Shown here: positions 9,001 through 16,761 of the stretch, piece by piece | Layout of the letters: each line of letters begins with the position of its first letter | Numbering within the stretch: the first letter of the stretch is position 1 | NCBI GenBank assembly: GCA_963977015.1 | Contig: CAXBMO010000012.1 | Coordinates: 96,001-160,000, forward strand | Origin: an uncultured bacterium | GTDB taxonomy: Bacteria; Verrucomicrobiota; Verrucomicrobiia; Verrucomicrobiales; DEV007 | Reading direction: 5' to 3' | Length of the DNA: 64,000 nt | Program-made: the position numbers and the translations under genes | Notes under the pieces: generated by a model | Seen by the model: only the letters and a program-made list of their open reading frames with translations | The model's database searches: none | Told to the model about the DNA's origin: nothing

Positions 9001-11849
9001 ACAACGCGCCGCCGGCTGATCTCGACCTGACCGAGGACGAATCGCTGAACCGCGATACCGTCAACGTCTTCAACGATGACAGCGTGGCCGACGACACTGG
9101 CGTCCTGACCGAAGACAACCTTTCCGGGCTCGGCATGGGGTCGGATTCGATCGTTGTTCCGGGGACTGGCGGGGGACCGGATGTAACCATCCAGGATGGG
9201 ATCACGTATCGCGATGTGGAGCAGCTCAATGTGAATCTGGGCAGCGGCAGCGACACCTTCACCATCAATTCGGTGGGCGCGGATCTGCTGCTCGATCTCG
9301 GCGACGGGGACGACCAGGTCGACATCCTCAACGACAGCGGCGCGATCACCGATTCAATCACGATTCTCGGCCAGGACGGCGACGACGACGTGATTGGCGA
9401 TACCGCGACGATGGTCGATACCTTCACCTTCGACGGCGGAGAGGGGATCGATGATCTGGAGCTGACCAACTTCACGATCACCGGAGCGGCCGGCGATGTG
9501 GACGAAGCGAGCGGCGACGGGATCTACGGATTGAATCTTCAAAACGTCACCATCACGGAAAGTTCCTTCAGCGAAAGCACGGTCGCCGGGATTCGGCTCG
9601 AAACGATCGGCGGCGACGTCGAGATCACCGATACCACGGTCGAGTTGAACGGCGAGCAGGGAATTTCGATGGAGGACGTTACCGGTGACGTGACCCTCAC
9701 CACGGTCCAGGCGCTGGAGAATGGCACGGCTCTGGAAGAGATGCGGAAGGACGGAGTTTACATCCTGAATCTGGACGGCACGTTGACGGTCGACGATAGC
9801 GAATTTTCGGACAACGAGGGCCACGGTCTCTACGTCGAGAATGGCACGTCCATCATCGTCTCAGGCACGCTTGCCTCTGGAAACGCCGAAGACGGGTTCA
9901 ACTTCCTGAACGTGGGGTCGGTTGAATTCGATACGGTCGAAACGCAGGGCAACCAGAACGGAGTTTACATCGAGAACGCCTCGTCGTTCCGCGATTCCAG
10001 CGGGCGCCACGATTCCAACCGGGAAGACGGCATCTCGCTGATGTCGGTCAGCGGTTCGGTTGCGTTCAACAACACCACCGCGTCCGGCAATTTGTCGAAC
10101 GGCGTTTACGCGACGAACGTGGGCGGCGTTAATCTTCAAGGCGTCACGTTGAGTGGGAACGGCAGCCGGGGCCTCCTCGTGGAAGGCGGCGGAAACGTGG
10201 ACATTTCCAAGAGCAGCGCCAGCGGCAATGGCGAAGTCGGGTTCGAACTGCAGGATGTCAGCGACATTACCCTCAAGAACGTGGAAGCGACGAAGAACGG
10301 CACCGGACTTCTCGTCGAGAGCGCGCGCTCGCTCGAGGACGTCGGAGGGAGCTATGAGGCGAACCGGAAAGACGGGATGAACCTGCGGAAGCTGCGGTCC
10401 GTGGAGCTGACCCAGACCACTGCGAGTGGCAATGGCGGCAACGGGATTCAGATCTCCAACCTCAGCGGTGATCTGACCGTGTTGCAGGGCACCTTTATCG
10501 GGAACAGCCTCACCGGCCTTGCCGTCAGTGGGGTTCGCGGGATTCGTATCTCCAATACCCAATCGACCGGCAACGGTTCGAAAGGCTACGATTTGGGGAA
10601 CGCAAGCAGCGTCAATCTGGTTAGTGTCGTCGGCAGTCAGAACGGTTATATCGGTCTCGTTGTTGAGAACGCGGGCAGCTTCTCCGACCTCAACGGTGAC
10701 TATAATTTCAACGGAGTCGGGGGCGTGTTCCTCATGAACATCCCGGTCGCGGATCTGACCGGAACGTCGTTCGTCGGCAATGGAGTCTTCCCGATTCAGA
10801 TGATTAACGTGGGGCTTGCCACCTTCCTCGACGTGGAGTGGGACGACGAACTGGAAGGCGCCAGGGTCGGCACCATCGTCCTGGGGCCGGGCGATTACCG
10901 GATCGAAGATTTTGAGAACGTCGGTGTCGATGAAATCGAGCTGCTGGATGGAGCGACGTTGCTCGGCAATGGTGAGACCAGCGCCACGATCACCACTCAC
11001 GAAGGTTCTCGTCTGGCGCCAGGAATTTACGAGCCGGGGATTATTCGTTCGCACGGCGTCACCTTTGAGAAAGGCTCCACCTTTGAAGTCCAGATTGGTG
11101 GGCTTACCGCCGGAGTTGGGGCAGGATTCCACGATCAACTTCAAGTGGTAGGTTCGGTCGTGATCGAGAACGCAACCCTCGAGCTGTTGGCCTTTGGTGG
11201 ATTCCAACCTTCGTTCGGACAGGATTACGTGATCATCGACAACGATGGCTCTGACGCTGTGAAGGGGAATTTCGAGGGACTTGAAGAAGGAGCCTCGATT
11301 TCGCAGTTCCTCGGATCGAGGATCAGTGCCCGAATCAGCTACGAAGGTGGCGACGGAAACGATGTCGTTGTTTCAACGCTCGTCCCCGGAGAGCTGATGC
11401 GTTATCTGGAGGAAGAAGGGTTTGATCGTTTCGATCTGTTGGGGAGAAATGATTTGCTGAGCGACCGCTGGATGTCCGGTAACATTTTTGCTGGATTTGC
11501 CGCTTACGGATCGCTTGGGATTCAATCTCCGCTCTTGGCTGGAGCGGTCGCTCCCGGCACCTCGGTATATATTACCCTTTACGGCGAAAATGGGATGATC
11601 GTGGGACAGCAGTTGGCGACGGCCGACGCTTCTGGAAACTGGGTTGCCGTGATGCATGGAGCAAACGTCTCCGGGCAGGTTACGAGAGCCTCGATTCAGA
11701 CGACTTCAGCCGATGGCGCCTTGGTCTACTTCGATTCTTACTTCGTGAATTTCGGGACGAACTCAAATGGATCGGCCTTCTCCGTGGGGGATCTGGATAT
11801 TACCGGAAGACTGGTGAGTCCAGTTGACCAGGCCCTCGATAACGGGTGA
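3..11849 (+). CDS. Giant acidic secreted/surface protein (adhesin-like; RTX-type Ca-binding motifs, Calx-beta-like repeats, parallel beta-helix); 5'-truncated by window edge
   Basis: Frame is open from nt 3 (SRVKTTAAGFLSGAGADSD...) into the 3924-aa ORF, so the true start is upstream. GGxGxD motifs (GGDGVD, GGSGAD, GGDGDD, GGLGSD) at ~6.7-7.7 kb; three Calx-beta-like units (V.E.G..DTY...L...LTF...NW...TV.V) at ~7.85-8.85 kb; beta-helix repeats (ASGN...G...) at ~9.45-10.8 kb; ends TGA TAG. Confidence 0.9.
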   Translation, partial: SRVKTTAAGFLSGAGADSDHDIVSMVTAAIGDDATVTAKGVMMDAVNLIDKPAVASSGSAGDSNLYGTAKALVAGAGADSDTDLSLVTHVNIGDDASVTVVGESSNDDVFNLRAYNQINAQDKVTFAASGLAAGASATTTIRTLVDEAKIVIGEGAELTSSGRIEMSARGSGTVVVRTNAEGNGGVGVVAGSSRVDIKPHNEVSIEAGAHLLADGDIRLSAGRSGDFESDFYTLISRFDSYSSAAIPVDDINAYSFILQDNLITVDTGALLQTAREARLHAERLGFNSMEVGAVGHSWAANAFNAALAFDDGESHSEAHATVRMDGTVETGIQRIQSLTLDGWDSETGEITDSTVVGNVSFTVSQEVLESSLVRELQFAQDQIAQYPNNTTLVTFYQSEVNRISAELASLGLLDLDAPEGVISSNEQYVMTVTVDPVYAEAGKIDIRTDQTTGSGTWIAPGDASVTITNNTPAFLKIKGVTIPEENGGLFINGEEVADNDDIVDWNNRSATDDNLFNQFEGNVTPATATFAAVPDNEESTPTITIENALNVNTVETTDESYPWPDVTIVGASEGGIGISAPRAHLTLSTHPLPGNGDIIINNEIITATQTIIAGGTLTIDGVSQQNVEGAPYTAWAAATNGPYGVDSEGHAAGYADWVTAASGTEVASVFGQEPNSNFGLYADKIYIRAEYLNVNGIIQSGYEDFSLTLDGDTETEIASLRSQGGDRIYLPDASAASKHFSVFYIKSTDTIQVEELVVSGGYIDLEGHILNTANGKIRLLGGYGKIEVTNNTDHNLQIEELDASKRGAGTLIIKDKAKGTSSDPHVTIYTKDENGITVQQDDGSVATGSSLASLTVSGGGTSDFSQYQTEGGWRFGWAVGLTQLEISRAVKKSSSWLFIPLGSSFSGPWQSVEVEGQPTLKEQSGYFFRDTGITEAYTYGKVTINDPQPVQMTQTTHTTWYGKKTITAYYSQKVGQDITHTHTIDADRPIDIEFMGYDEGEVTVTSTGSGSVDVRGAIANASGETTITSEGAITTTGSGAYIGGRRVELSAETGIGEAEEAPLQTRVTDTPSQSFNGGLIFDSVDSGLDTITRAGSWLIDGFAAGQTLTISGSNLNDGIYTIESVAGSILTVAAGNSLQDESNSDVSALAVGDIPDSLPSSLKATTTEGGIFIAEQLGDIAIDQVVTGSGNVVIQSNGAITVGKQNSSTFYEGLVQGDSVTLEADNGGVGNGEARPLVIDSAISGGLNDKVNVTAADDVFLKEKSGDLRIEKITSQGDVYLEVTSGDLVDLNEDETRDERTYNELKGGVWADLSLTADGGALEKIEAAKVEQASFRESEYRTYWQFRDTQSDSSTYDAAHVVSLTAEEDTFYRTELGYDDAAIETLENSRTTQYHQLNDFYGAFGDTFDADFTYTLSAAEDSALESGFKVWTEEELLYSISSGLLKTVTDTTVSEEDPNIVANDIKLVVGGGVGQTNGTMDIDMEVLRTAPAEGSMSFSGDTLSFSGSSWDALGFAVGQQIFIEGSDSNNGAYLIESVAGDTLNLNYTDDDGVVQDASFTAETDDLRVAITLTDEQRVTLAASERTDVSYLASAPINAVVTFVANSGSGATITRVSGEDFSGFSAGDVIAISGNSGNSTEGLQTYEIDSVAGDVITFASAVDFVAESAVSIEMSNIILDPETDGDSIAIGRINLVEDIDIQASGTVTVDADEQVFLGSESNVSVQSIEAGDATTGDEIRVKTGLSILSADQSVTNVRGGEVILEAAEGAIGVEDGEVRTNLVGDGNLTARASEDIRIVEVEGDLPVGSIYSKTGGAYLRATDGSIIDGYDHEFTNIQSNLVELSASEGIGEEDNSLDINVAVSPGDTVDAIGTGTIKATADSDIYLTETNGSMNVRNILSESGDVELRADAFIVDAVDLVDPSDPDSAHDDGPDSNPRADVIGNHVTLIAGLGGAGGIGIAGNDLDIDTSYSGTGSLTASSQLNNIYLIETAADGDGTLDEDLVLYEIAANGVDTDDFVETAFITAPLGRILNGNPSGANVTSGKIWLFATMDVGEVDNRISTVAQAIEGKSTSGSFIVNNTGAIEVGGVVSGPVAGYSASGLEAGGSVLFTAASPVTVSENVTAGGEIIIEAHDDDDAEADDLTVQDGITVSSTGDRVVLRGGDDVLIEEGASISAFTGIEIYGDYGNADAGEGSTVRIDGSLSAPTIQISGNTDDDTFNFSPSTLSGDVTILGGDGVDQFLLHDLPNLDVVNRNETDRQTISLDGQEGSDQYTVNLVGEDVDYVINVSDSGSVTDIDSMIINATDEADTILLRKNFVASLNGNAADGFTDDVERINYDSTINARLRINLAGGDDNFVSDDNSTLTTVDGGSGADTFQIGQVFANDRVAPNVAAGDEIETIEVTRGFLTKGISVPMTIYGGDGDDVFSVYSNQAPLRMEGEDGNDEFIIRAFVRADDDSSTSTEEALVEGGGGDDLIHYNINANVSINGGTGFDKVVAIGTELADHFVITENGIFGAGLNITVSNVEEAIEVDGLEGDDTFFVQSTAAGVVTTLIGGLGSDTFNVTGDVNATIHAAEAEGRSGVINHVADSDDPSYEGIAAPGIQLNVADSATTKVVIEKSGSSTTVSEDVDGSVDTYEIYLNEALPDAGAEASITVSAAQSASKELAEGGQTVEISTDGVNFAAALVLTFNAGNWTTHRTIHVRAGSDTVKEGEKNVIVSHSIESNRDVLDGISIANMEVAVFDDDKDELIITESGPSTSVTENGATDTYTVALTHEPAPGETVTVTLNHDDTQLTLSDDTLTFGDEDSANPWNVPQTVTVTAFNDDVVENTIRELITHDVTSTGTFSVSEAPTINVSVTDDDIGGVIVEESGGSTVVVDGGAGDSYTLRLSKEPENPVTVNVLADDQTLVSSADVRFTAAVGDNPPMITFDHTNWNLAVTVDVEANPDFEGGDAQTIKFAVQPHLTNRIQGPLVIEGGTGSGPDRTLAIPVTLPTEDNAPPADLDLTEDESLNRDTVNVFNDDSVADDTGVLTEDNLSGLGMGSDSIVVPGTGGGPDVTIQDGITYRDVEQLNVNLGSGSDTFTINSVGADLLLDLGDGDDQVDILNDSGAITDSITILGQDGDDDVIGDTATMVDTFTFDGGEGIDDLELTNFTITGAAGDVDEASGDGIYGLNLQNVTITESSFSESTVAGIRLETIGGDVEITDTTVELNGEQGISMEDVTGDVTLTTVQALENGTALEEMRKDGVYILNLDGTLTVDDSEFSDNEGHGLYVENGTSIIVSGTLASGNAEDGFNFLNVGSVEFDTVETQGNQNGVYIENASSFRDSSGRHDSNREDGISLMSVSGSVAFNNTTASGNLSNGVYATNVGGVNLQGVTLSGNGSRGLLVEGGGNVDISKSSASGNGEVGFELQDVSDITLKNVEATKNGTGLLVESARSLEDVGGSYEANRKDGMNLRKLRSVELTQTTASGNGGNGIQISNLSGDLTVLQGTFIGNSLTGLAVSGVRGIRISNTQSTGNGSKGYDLGNASSVNLVSVVGSQNGYIGLVVENAGSFSDLNGDYNFNGVGGVFLMNIPVADLTGTSFVGNGVFPIQMINVGLATFLDVEWDDELEGARVGTIVLGPGDYRIEDFENVGVDEIELLDGATLLGNGETSATITTHEGSRLAPGIYEPGIIRSHGVTFEKGSTFEVQIGGLTAGVGAGFHDQLQVVGSVVIENATLELLAFGGFQPSFGQDYVIIDNDGSDAVKGNFEGLEEGASISQFLGSRISARISYEGGDGNDVVVSTLVPGELMRYLEEEGFDRFDLLGRNDLLSDRWMSGNIFAGFAAYGSLGIQSPLLAGAVAPGTSVYITLYGENGMIVGQQLATADASGNWVAVMHGANVSGQVTRASIQTTSADGALVYFDSYFVNFGTNSNGSAFSVGDLDITGRLVSPVDQALDNG

Positions 11850-11861
11850 TAGGTGATCCTG

Positions 11862-12890
11862 ATGGAACACCCGTATCTCTGCGTTGATGAGTTTTTGACC
11901 GGTGTGGTCGAGACCAGAGCCCTCGTAACTGCATTTGAGGAGGGAGTGGTGGATGCGTTGGTGGCGAGCTCGCAACCCGTTCCTGTTGACGAACTGCGCC
12001 CCAGGAAACTGCGGGATCCGAAAGGGCTGGGTCTCTTGCTCGATATTTTGCGGGCAAATCGAGTGGTGACGATTGATTCCGATGGCGTAAGCCTGACGGC
12101 GTCGTTTCGCAACGCGTTGAAGTTTCGGGATCTCCTTGAGGTGAAAGCCGAATTTGCCCTCTTTTTTGCGTCGGACTGGGTCGACCGGTTTGATCTGCTT
12201 CTTGGCGATCCCGCAAAATTGATGGAGCAGTCTCAAGTGATGAAGCTTTTCGATTACGCAAAAGCCTTCAACGATACCCCGCAAAACTACGAGCACACCC
12301 GCCGCTGGATGCGGTTGACGACGACCCTGACACGCTACGAAGCTGAGGTGATCGCCCCAACCCTGGCCTTGGATTCCTTCCGTGAAATGCTCGATGTCGG
12401 GGGGAATAGCGGTGAATTTGCTCTTCGCTGCTGTAAGCGGGCCCCAACGCTGCGCGCCACGGTGTTTGACCTTCCCTTGGTCTGTCAGATCGGGAGGGAA
12501 CACGTTGCCCGCCATGAGGAGGCCGACCGGATCCAATTCCTCAACGCAAAGAGCCTGAGCGATTTGCGGCCGAAGCAATACGATCTGGTCACGTTCAAAT
12601 CGATGTTGCATGATTGGCCCAATGCGGAGGCAAAAGATTGGCTGCAAAGCGCGGTCGAATGCCTTCAGCCGGGTGGAACACTCCTCATCTTTGAGCGGGT
12701 TGCCTGGAATCTGGAGGCGCGGCACCTGGGGTTTTCCATGATCCCCATCCTGCTGTTTCATCGCTTTTATCGGGAGGCCACGTTTTACGAGGAATTTCTC
12801 GTCCAGCAAGGCTTGACGGACTTGGAATGCCGCATCGTGAATCTGGATACGCCTTTTCTGTGTCTTACGGCGAAAAAACAGGAAAACTAA
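11862..12890 (+). CDS. SAM-dependent O-methyltransferase (family 2-like, N-terminal dimerisation region)
   Basis: Motifs LDVGGNSG, VFDLP, KSMLHDW, LQPGG.LLI.E; AGGTGA RBS before ATG 11862, 12 nt after the giant gene stop. Confidence 0.85.
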   Translation: MEHPYLCVDEFLTGVVETRALVTAFEEGVVDALVASSQPVPVDELRPRKLRDPKGLGLLLDILRANRVVTIDSDGVSLTASFRNALKFRDLLEVKAEFALFFASDWVDRFDLLLGDPAKLMEQSQVMKLFDYAKAFNDTPQNYEHTRRWMRLTTTLTRYEAEVIAPTLALDSFREMLDVGGNSGEFALRCCKRAPTLRATVFDLPLVCQIGREHVARHEEADRIQFLNAKSLSDLRPKQYDLVTFKSMLHDWPNAEAKDWLQSAVECLQPGGTLLIFERVAWNLEARHLGFSMIPILLFHRFYREATFYEEFLVQQGLTDLECRIVNLDTPFLCLTAKKQEN

Positions 12891-13002
12891 AATCGTCATA
12901 AGTTTCATTTTTCCAATTTGGAGATTTGTTAGAAAGTCTCAGTTTCCCTGACTTGGTAAATGTTAGGGAATTCTTACGAATGCGATTGCATTTTGTGAAA
13001 AC

Positions 13003-15009
13003 ATGTTAGGGTGGCCCCAAAGCATGACAGCACGACAAAGGGTTCAACTTTGGAAGGCGGGCGATTTTTTCGTTGCCCTCCTGATTTTCCTAACACTATC
13101 AGTATCAACGCTGATGGCCGAGGAAGCGTCTACAAAGGCCGCTGCTTCTGAGGATCGGGGGCTTTCGGCGTGGATGGCAAAGCGATTTCAGCGAAAGGGC
13201 GGAGAATCTGCCCCAGCGACAGGGGAAACGGAAACACTCAAGGCGTCGGCAGAAGTTGAAGCCGTAGAACCGCCGCTTACCACCGAACTTTATCCGGCAA
13301 AACCATCGAGCACCAACTACAAGGGCACGCGATTCGAAAGGGACGTTGAAGAGGTTTTGGAAGGCCTGTATGAGGGGCTGGAAACCCGAGCGGAACAGAT
13401 CGATGATCCTGAGTTGCTGACTGGAAATTTGTCCGGCGTGTTGGATGAATCCGGCAAGTTTGACGCGGTTTGGAATGATCTTATCCGGCAGGGTTTTTGG
13501 CCGGCCCAGAAGCAGGTCACCCGAAGCGTTGACGAGACCTATGCCTTGTCTCTGCTTCACTCGAACCAGGTTCGATCCGCCACCAAGACTCCCTTGATCC
13601 GGGAAACCGCGTTGGTTGAGGCCGGGGAAACGTATGCCTTGGAGGCGTTCGCGGAAGGGGATATCCAACATTCCGACGAGCCAACGGGATCCTTGCTGTC
13701 GACTGGAAGCACCGGGCGGTTTGTTCAGGACGACAAGAATGGCGAAGTTGGCGTTCGAAAGCGGTTTTTGACGGGAACGGAACTTCGCCTCTCGAATCAA
13801 TTGGGCACGCTCGACAACAATTCTGACTTCTTGGATCCCAATCCCCAAACCAGCTCGGAAGTCGGGATTTCACTGATTCAGCCTATTTTTCGTGGGGGAG
13901 GCTACCAGTATCACCAGTCGATTTTCCGGCTCGCCGAGTTGGATAGTGAGGTTGCATCGGTCGGTTTTCTGCGTGGATTGGAAGGGCATTTACTGACGGT
14001 GAACCAAGCCTATTGGGGAGTCTATCTGGCTCGGGCCGCCTATCTCCAGCGAAAGGAGATGGTGAAGGAGACCCGGGACATTCTCGCGAAAATGGATGAT
14101 CGAGCGAGATTGGATGCCGACGCCACGGCTTCGGAACGGCTTCGTGCTCAAGCCACGTTGAAGAAGCGGGAAGCGGATTTGGCCCGCACCAAGATGCAGA
14201 TCAAGATTGCGGAGGAAAGGCTTCGTGCCCTCGTCAATGATCCTGACATGCCCATGGGATCCACCGGTGAAATGATTCCGGTGACTCGTCCTCAGCTGTC
14301 GCTTCCGCATGAAGACGTCCGTTTGGCGGTGGTCATGGCTCTCAACAATCGAGGAGAAGTCGTCCAAAGTGCGTTGGCGGTTCGCGCGGCCGTGATCCGA
14401 TGGAATCAAGCCGTCAAGGATCTCAAGCCTCAGCTGGATATCGTTGCTGAAGTCGGAGTCTCGGCATTGGATCGGGATCGAGATCTGGGAGGTGCCTATA
14501 GTGACCTCTCCGGACAGGATCCAGCCTGGAGGGCGGGGATTCGTTTCAGCCAGCCTCTGGAACGTCGATTTGTTCGCGCCAAGGTTCAACGCAGGGAGTT
14601 GGAATATCAGCAGGCGGTGGATAATTTCATGATTCGGGCCGACCAGATCATGTTGGAATCGTTGGTCAGCTATCGGGAAATGTTGGCCTCCTATCGTGAT
14701 ATGACAGGAAAATACGAGGCGGTAACGGCGTCTCGCGAAGACCTGCATCAACTGAGGGATCGTCTCAATATTGATGCCGATGGCAATCGCAACACGGTCT
14801 CCTATCAACTGCAATTGATCTTGGATGCAATGGACCGGAACAAGCAGGCTGAGGAAGAGTTCCTCGTCAGCGTCGTTACCTACAATACGGCTCTGGCTGC
14901 GTTGGAGCAGTCCAAAGGAACCTTTCTCCAATATAACAACGTCGAGATTTTGAGGGAAGAGACCGATGACGTGCTCGAGTCCGACTCCCTGAAGGTTCAG
15001 ATGCGTTAA
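13003..15009 (+). CDS. TolC-family outer membrane efflux/secretion channel
   Basis: N-terminal hydrophobic signal; two OEP-like halves (ISLIQPIFRGGG; V.QAYW; PQLDI...FSQPL; YNTALAALEQSKGT). Confidence 0.85.
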   Translation: MLGWPQSMTARQRVQLWKAGDFFVALLIFLTLSVSTLMAEEASTKAAASEDRGLSAWMAKRFQRKGGESAPATGETETLKASAEVEAVEPPLTTELYPAKPSSTNYKGTRFERDVEEVLEGLYEGLETRAEQIDDPELLTGNLSGVLDESGKFDAVWNDLIRQGFWPAQKQVTRSVDETYALSLLHSNQVRSATKTPLIRETALVEAGETYALEAFAEGDIQHSDEPTGSLLSTGSTGRFVQDDKNGEVGVRKRFLTGTELRLSNQLGTLDNNSDFLDPNPQTSSEVGISLIQPIFRGGGYQYHQSIFRLAELDSEVASVGFLRGLEGHLLTVNQAYWGVYLARAAYLQRKEMVKETRDILAKMDDRARLDADATASERLRAQATLKKREADLARTKMQIKIAEERLRALVNDPDMPMGSTGEMIPVTRPQLSLPHEDVRLAVVMALNNRGEVVQSALAVRAAVIRWNQAVKDLKPQLDIVAEVGVSALDRDRDLGGAYSDLSGQDPAWRAGIRFSQPLERRFVRAKVQRRELEYQQAVDNFMIRADQIMLESLVSYREMLASYRDMTGKYEAVTASREDLHQLRDRLNIDADGNRNTVSYQLQLILDAMDRNKQAEEEFLVSVVTYNTALAALEQSKGTFLQYNNVEILREETDDVLESDSLKVQMR

Positions 15010-15053
15010 TTGTTTTTAGCTGCGAAAGGTTTTTTTGAAGGTATGCTGGGCTG

Positions 15054-15974
15054 ATGGGATACTTCCGGCATGATGAGTATGTTGAACTGACAATGCACTT
15101 CAAATGCAATCTGAAGTGTGAGCATTGCATGATTGAAGGGACCATGAATTGGCTCAAACCGGAGTCGATTCAGCAGTTCCACTCGGTGTTGGAATTGAAC
15201 GCGCGCGAGAAGCGTTGGAAGGGAGTCATCTTTACCGGGGCAGAGGTCACGTTGTGCAAGGATCTGACGCAATGGGCTCGTCAGGCTCATCAAAACGGTT
15301 TTGAGAACGTCCGCATTCAAACGCATGGGATGAAATTGGCGGACCCGGACTACTGCGAGTCATTGGTCGATGCGGGGATCAATGAATATTTCATCAGCGT
15401 CACGGCTGCCGATGGTGAGACGCATGACGAAATCACCGGAGTTCCAGGTTCATGGGAAAAGACCATGGCAGGGATGGAGAATCTGAATCGATTCTCCGAT
15501 ATTGTGATGCACACCAACACGGTCATTACGCAACGCAGCTATCGTCAGCTTTCCCAGGTCATTCAGAGACTGCATCAATTGGAAAAGTTGGTTCAATTTG
15601 AGTTTTGGAACTATTGGCCCATGAGCGAATCGGATGGGAAGGATTTGATCGTGCCGCACGCGGAGGCGCTTCCCGAGATACGAAAAGCAATCCAACTGGC
15701 TGACCAATTAGGTAAAGAGATTGAAATTAAAAACTTTCCCGAATGCCTCTTGGGAAGGGACTCTGCGGCACTCAATAATTCGCAGCCCAAGCTGATCATC
15801 GATCCCGCCTTCTGGACGGAATTCAATCGCAATGGATTTCATCAATGCCGGCACCGCAGCTCCTGTCAAAGCACGCAGTGCCTCGGTCTCAATACGGCTT
15901 ATATAAATCGATATGGCTGGGAGGCTGATATGCTAACGCCAATCGCAGCGAAGGACGATGGAATCCCGTCTTGA
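15054..15974 (+). CDS. Radical SAM enzyme with Cys-rich C-terminal extension
   Basis: CxxxCxxC (CNLKCEHC), FTGAEVT (GGE-like), IQTHG..LAD, NFPECLL and C-terminal CRHRSSCQSTQCLG...Y...YG, reminiscent of HxsC-like maturases. Confidence 0.88.
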   Translation: MGYFRHDEYVELTMHFKCNLKCEHCMIEGTMNWLKPESIQQFHSVLELNAREKRWKGVIFTGAEVTLCKDLTQWARQAHQNGFENVRIQTHGMKLADPDYCESLVDAGINEYFISVTAADGETHDEITGVPGSWEKTMAGMENLNRFSDIVMHTNTVITQRSYRQLSQVIQRLHQLEKLVQFEFWNYWPMSESDGKDLIVPHAEALPEIRKAIQLADQLGKEIEIKNFPECLLGRDSAALNNSQPKLIIDPAFWTEFNRNGFHQCRHRSSCQSTQCLGLNTAYINRYGWEADMLTPIAAKDDGIPS

Positions 15975-16761
15975 GATTGAAGCTCCAAGCGGCACTCGGC
16001 GGTTATTCCAACGGATTGAATCGTTAGGAGTTCCGTTCATCCATGAGCGGTCGATTCGGTTTTCCCGAGGCTATATGGGGACCAAACGTTGCCTTTTGAG
16101 TATTGATCCGCAAAAGTTGGGGTCGCATTCCGGCGAAGTCATCCCGGCGGTTTGTCAGGAGCTGGGGATGCCGCATTCGCTTTCTGAAACGGTTCTTCAC
16201 TGGCTCCCGGAGGCAACGTTTGTCCATTTTGGGTTCGAAGATGACAGGAATCAATCCCGCTATAAAGTCTACTTTGAACAGCAGCGAAAACCGAATCAAG
16301 CCGGTGAACCGATCCTGCTTCATGTTGCTTTCAAGTGGAAGGTCCCATCATCCGAGCAATGGGTTGAATCCCGTTATTTTTGGTATCCGGACCAAACGCC
16401 GTCAGATCTCTGCCACAAGATCGGAGGCTACCATCGTGACCCTGAGAGCCCTTTGCTTGAGAGCATCAGAAGCATGATCAAACACGCTGGTTCGGCCGAA
16501 CTTCTGGAAGTCAGGGAGGAGAGGGGAGGGCGTTTTTCCTATGATCTCAATTTTTACGACAGCAATGTGGGAGTCCAATCCATTCGCGACGAGTTGGGAA
16601 TGGTGGGAGATTACTTCGGGATCCCGGAAGACGTAATCGAGACGTTGCTATCACGGATAGGGAGCGAAGATCTTGGGCATATTGCTAGCGGCCTGCATCG
16701 TGATGGAGAAGAGTTCCTTACTCTTTATTTTGGAGCGAGAATTCACCATGGACATTGTTGA
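15958..16761 (+). CDS. Hypothetical protein (aromatic-rich; possible ABBA/PatF-like barrel, speculative)
   Basis: 267 aa, overlaps radical SAM stop by 17 nt; motifs ERSIRF...RCLLSI, HFGFE, YKVYFE, SYDLNFY, LGHIASG, FLTLYF. Confidence 0.75.
   Translation: MESRLEIEAPSGTRRLFQRIESLGVPFIHERSIRFSRGYMGTKRCLLSIDPQKLGSHSGEVIPAVCQELGMPHSLSETVLHWLPEATFVHFGFEDDRNQSRYKVYFEQQRKPNQAGEPILLHVAFKWKVPSSEQWVESRYFWYPDQTPSDLCHKIGGYHRDPESPLLESIRSMIKHAGSAELLEVREERGGRFSYDLNFYDSNVGVQSIRDELGMVGDYFGIPEDVIETLLSRIGSEDLGHIASGLHRDGEEFLTLYFGARIHHGHC

Noticed and set aside
12944-12970. Imperfect inverted repeat TTCCCTGAC-N9-GTTAGGGAA upstream of tolC
   Set aside because: Single instance with no second copy or recognisable consensus; function cannot be supported.
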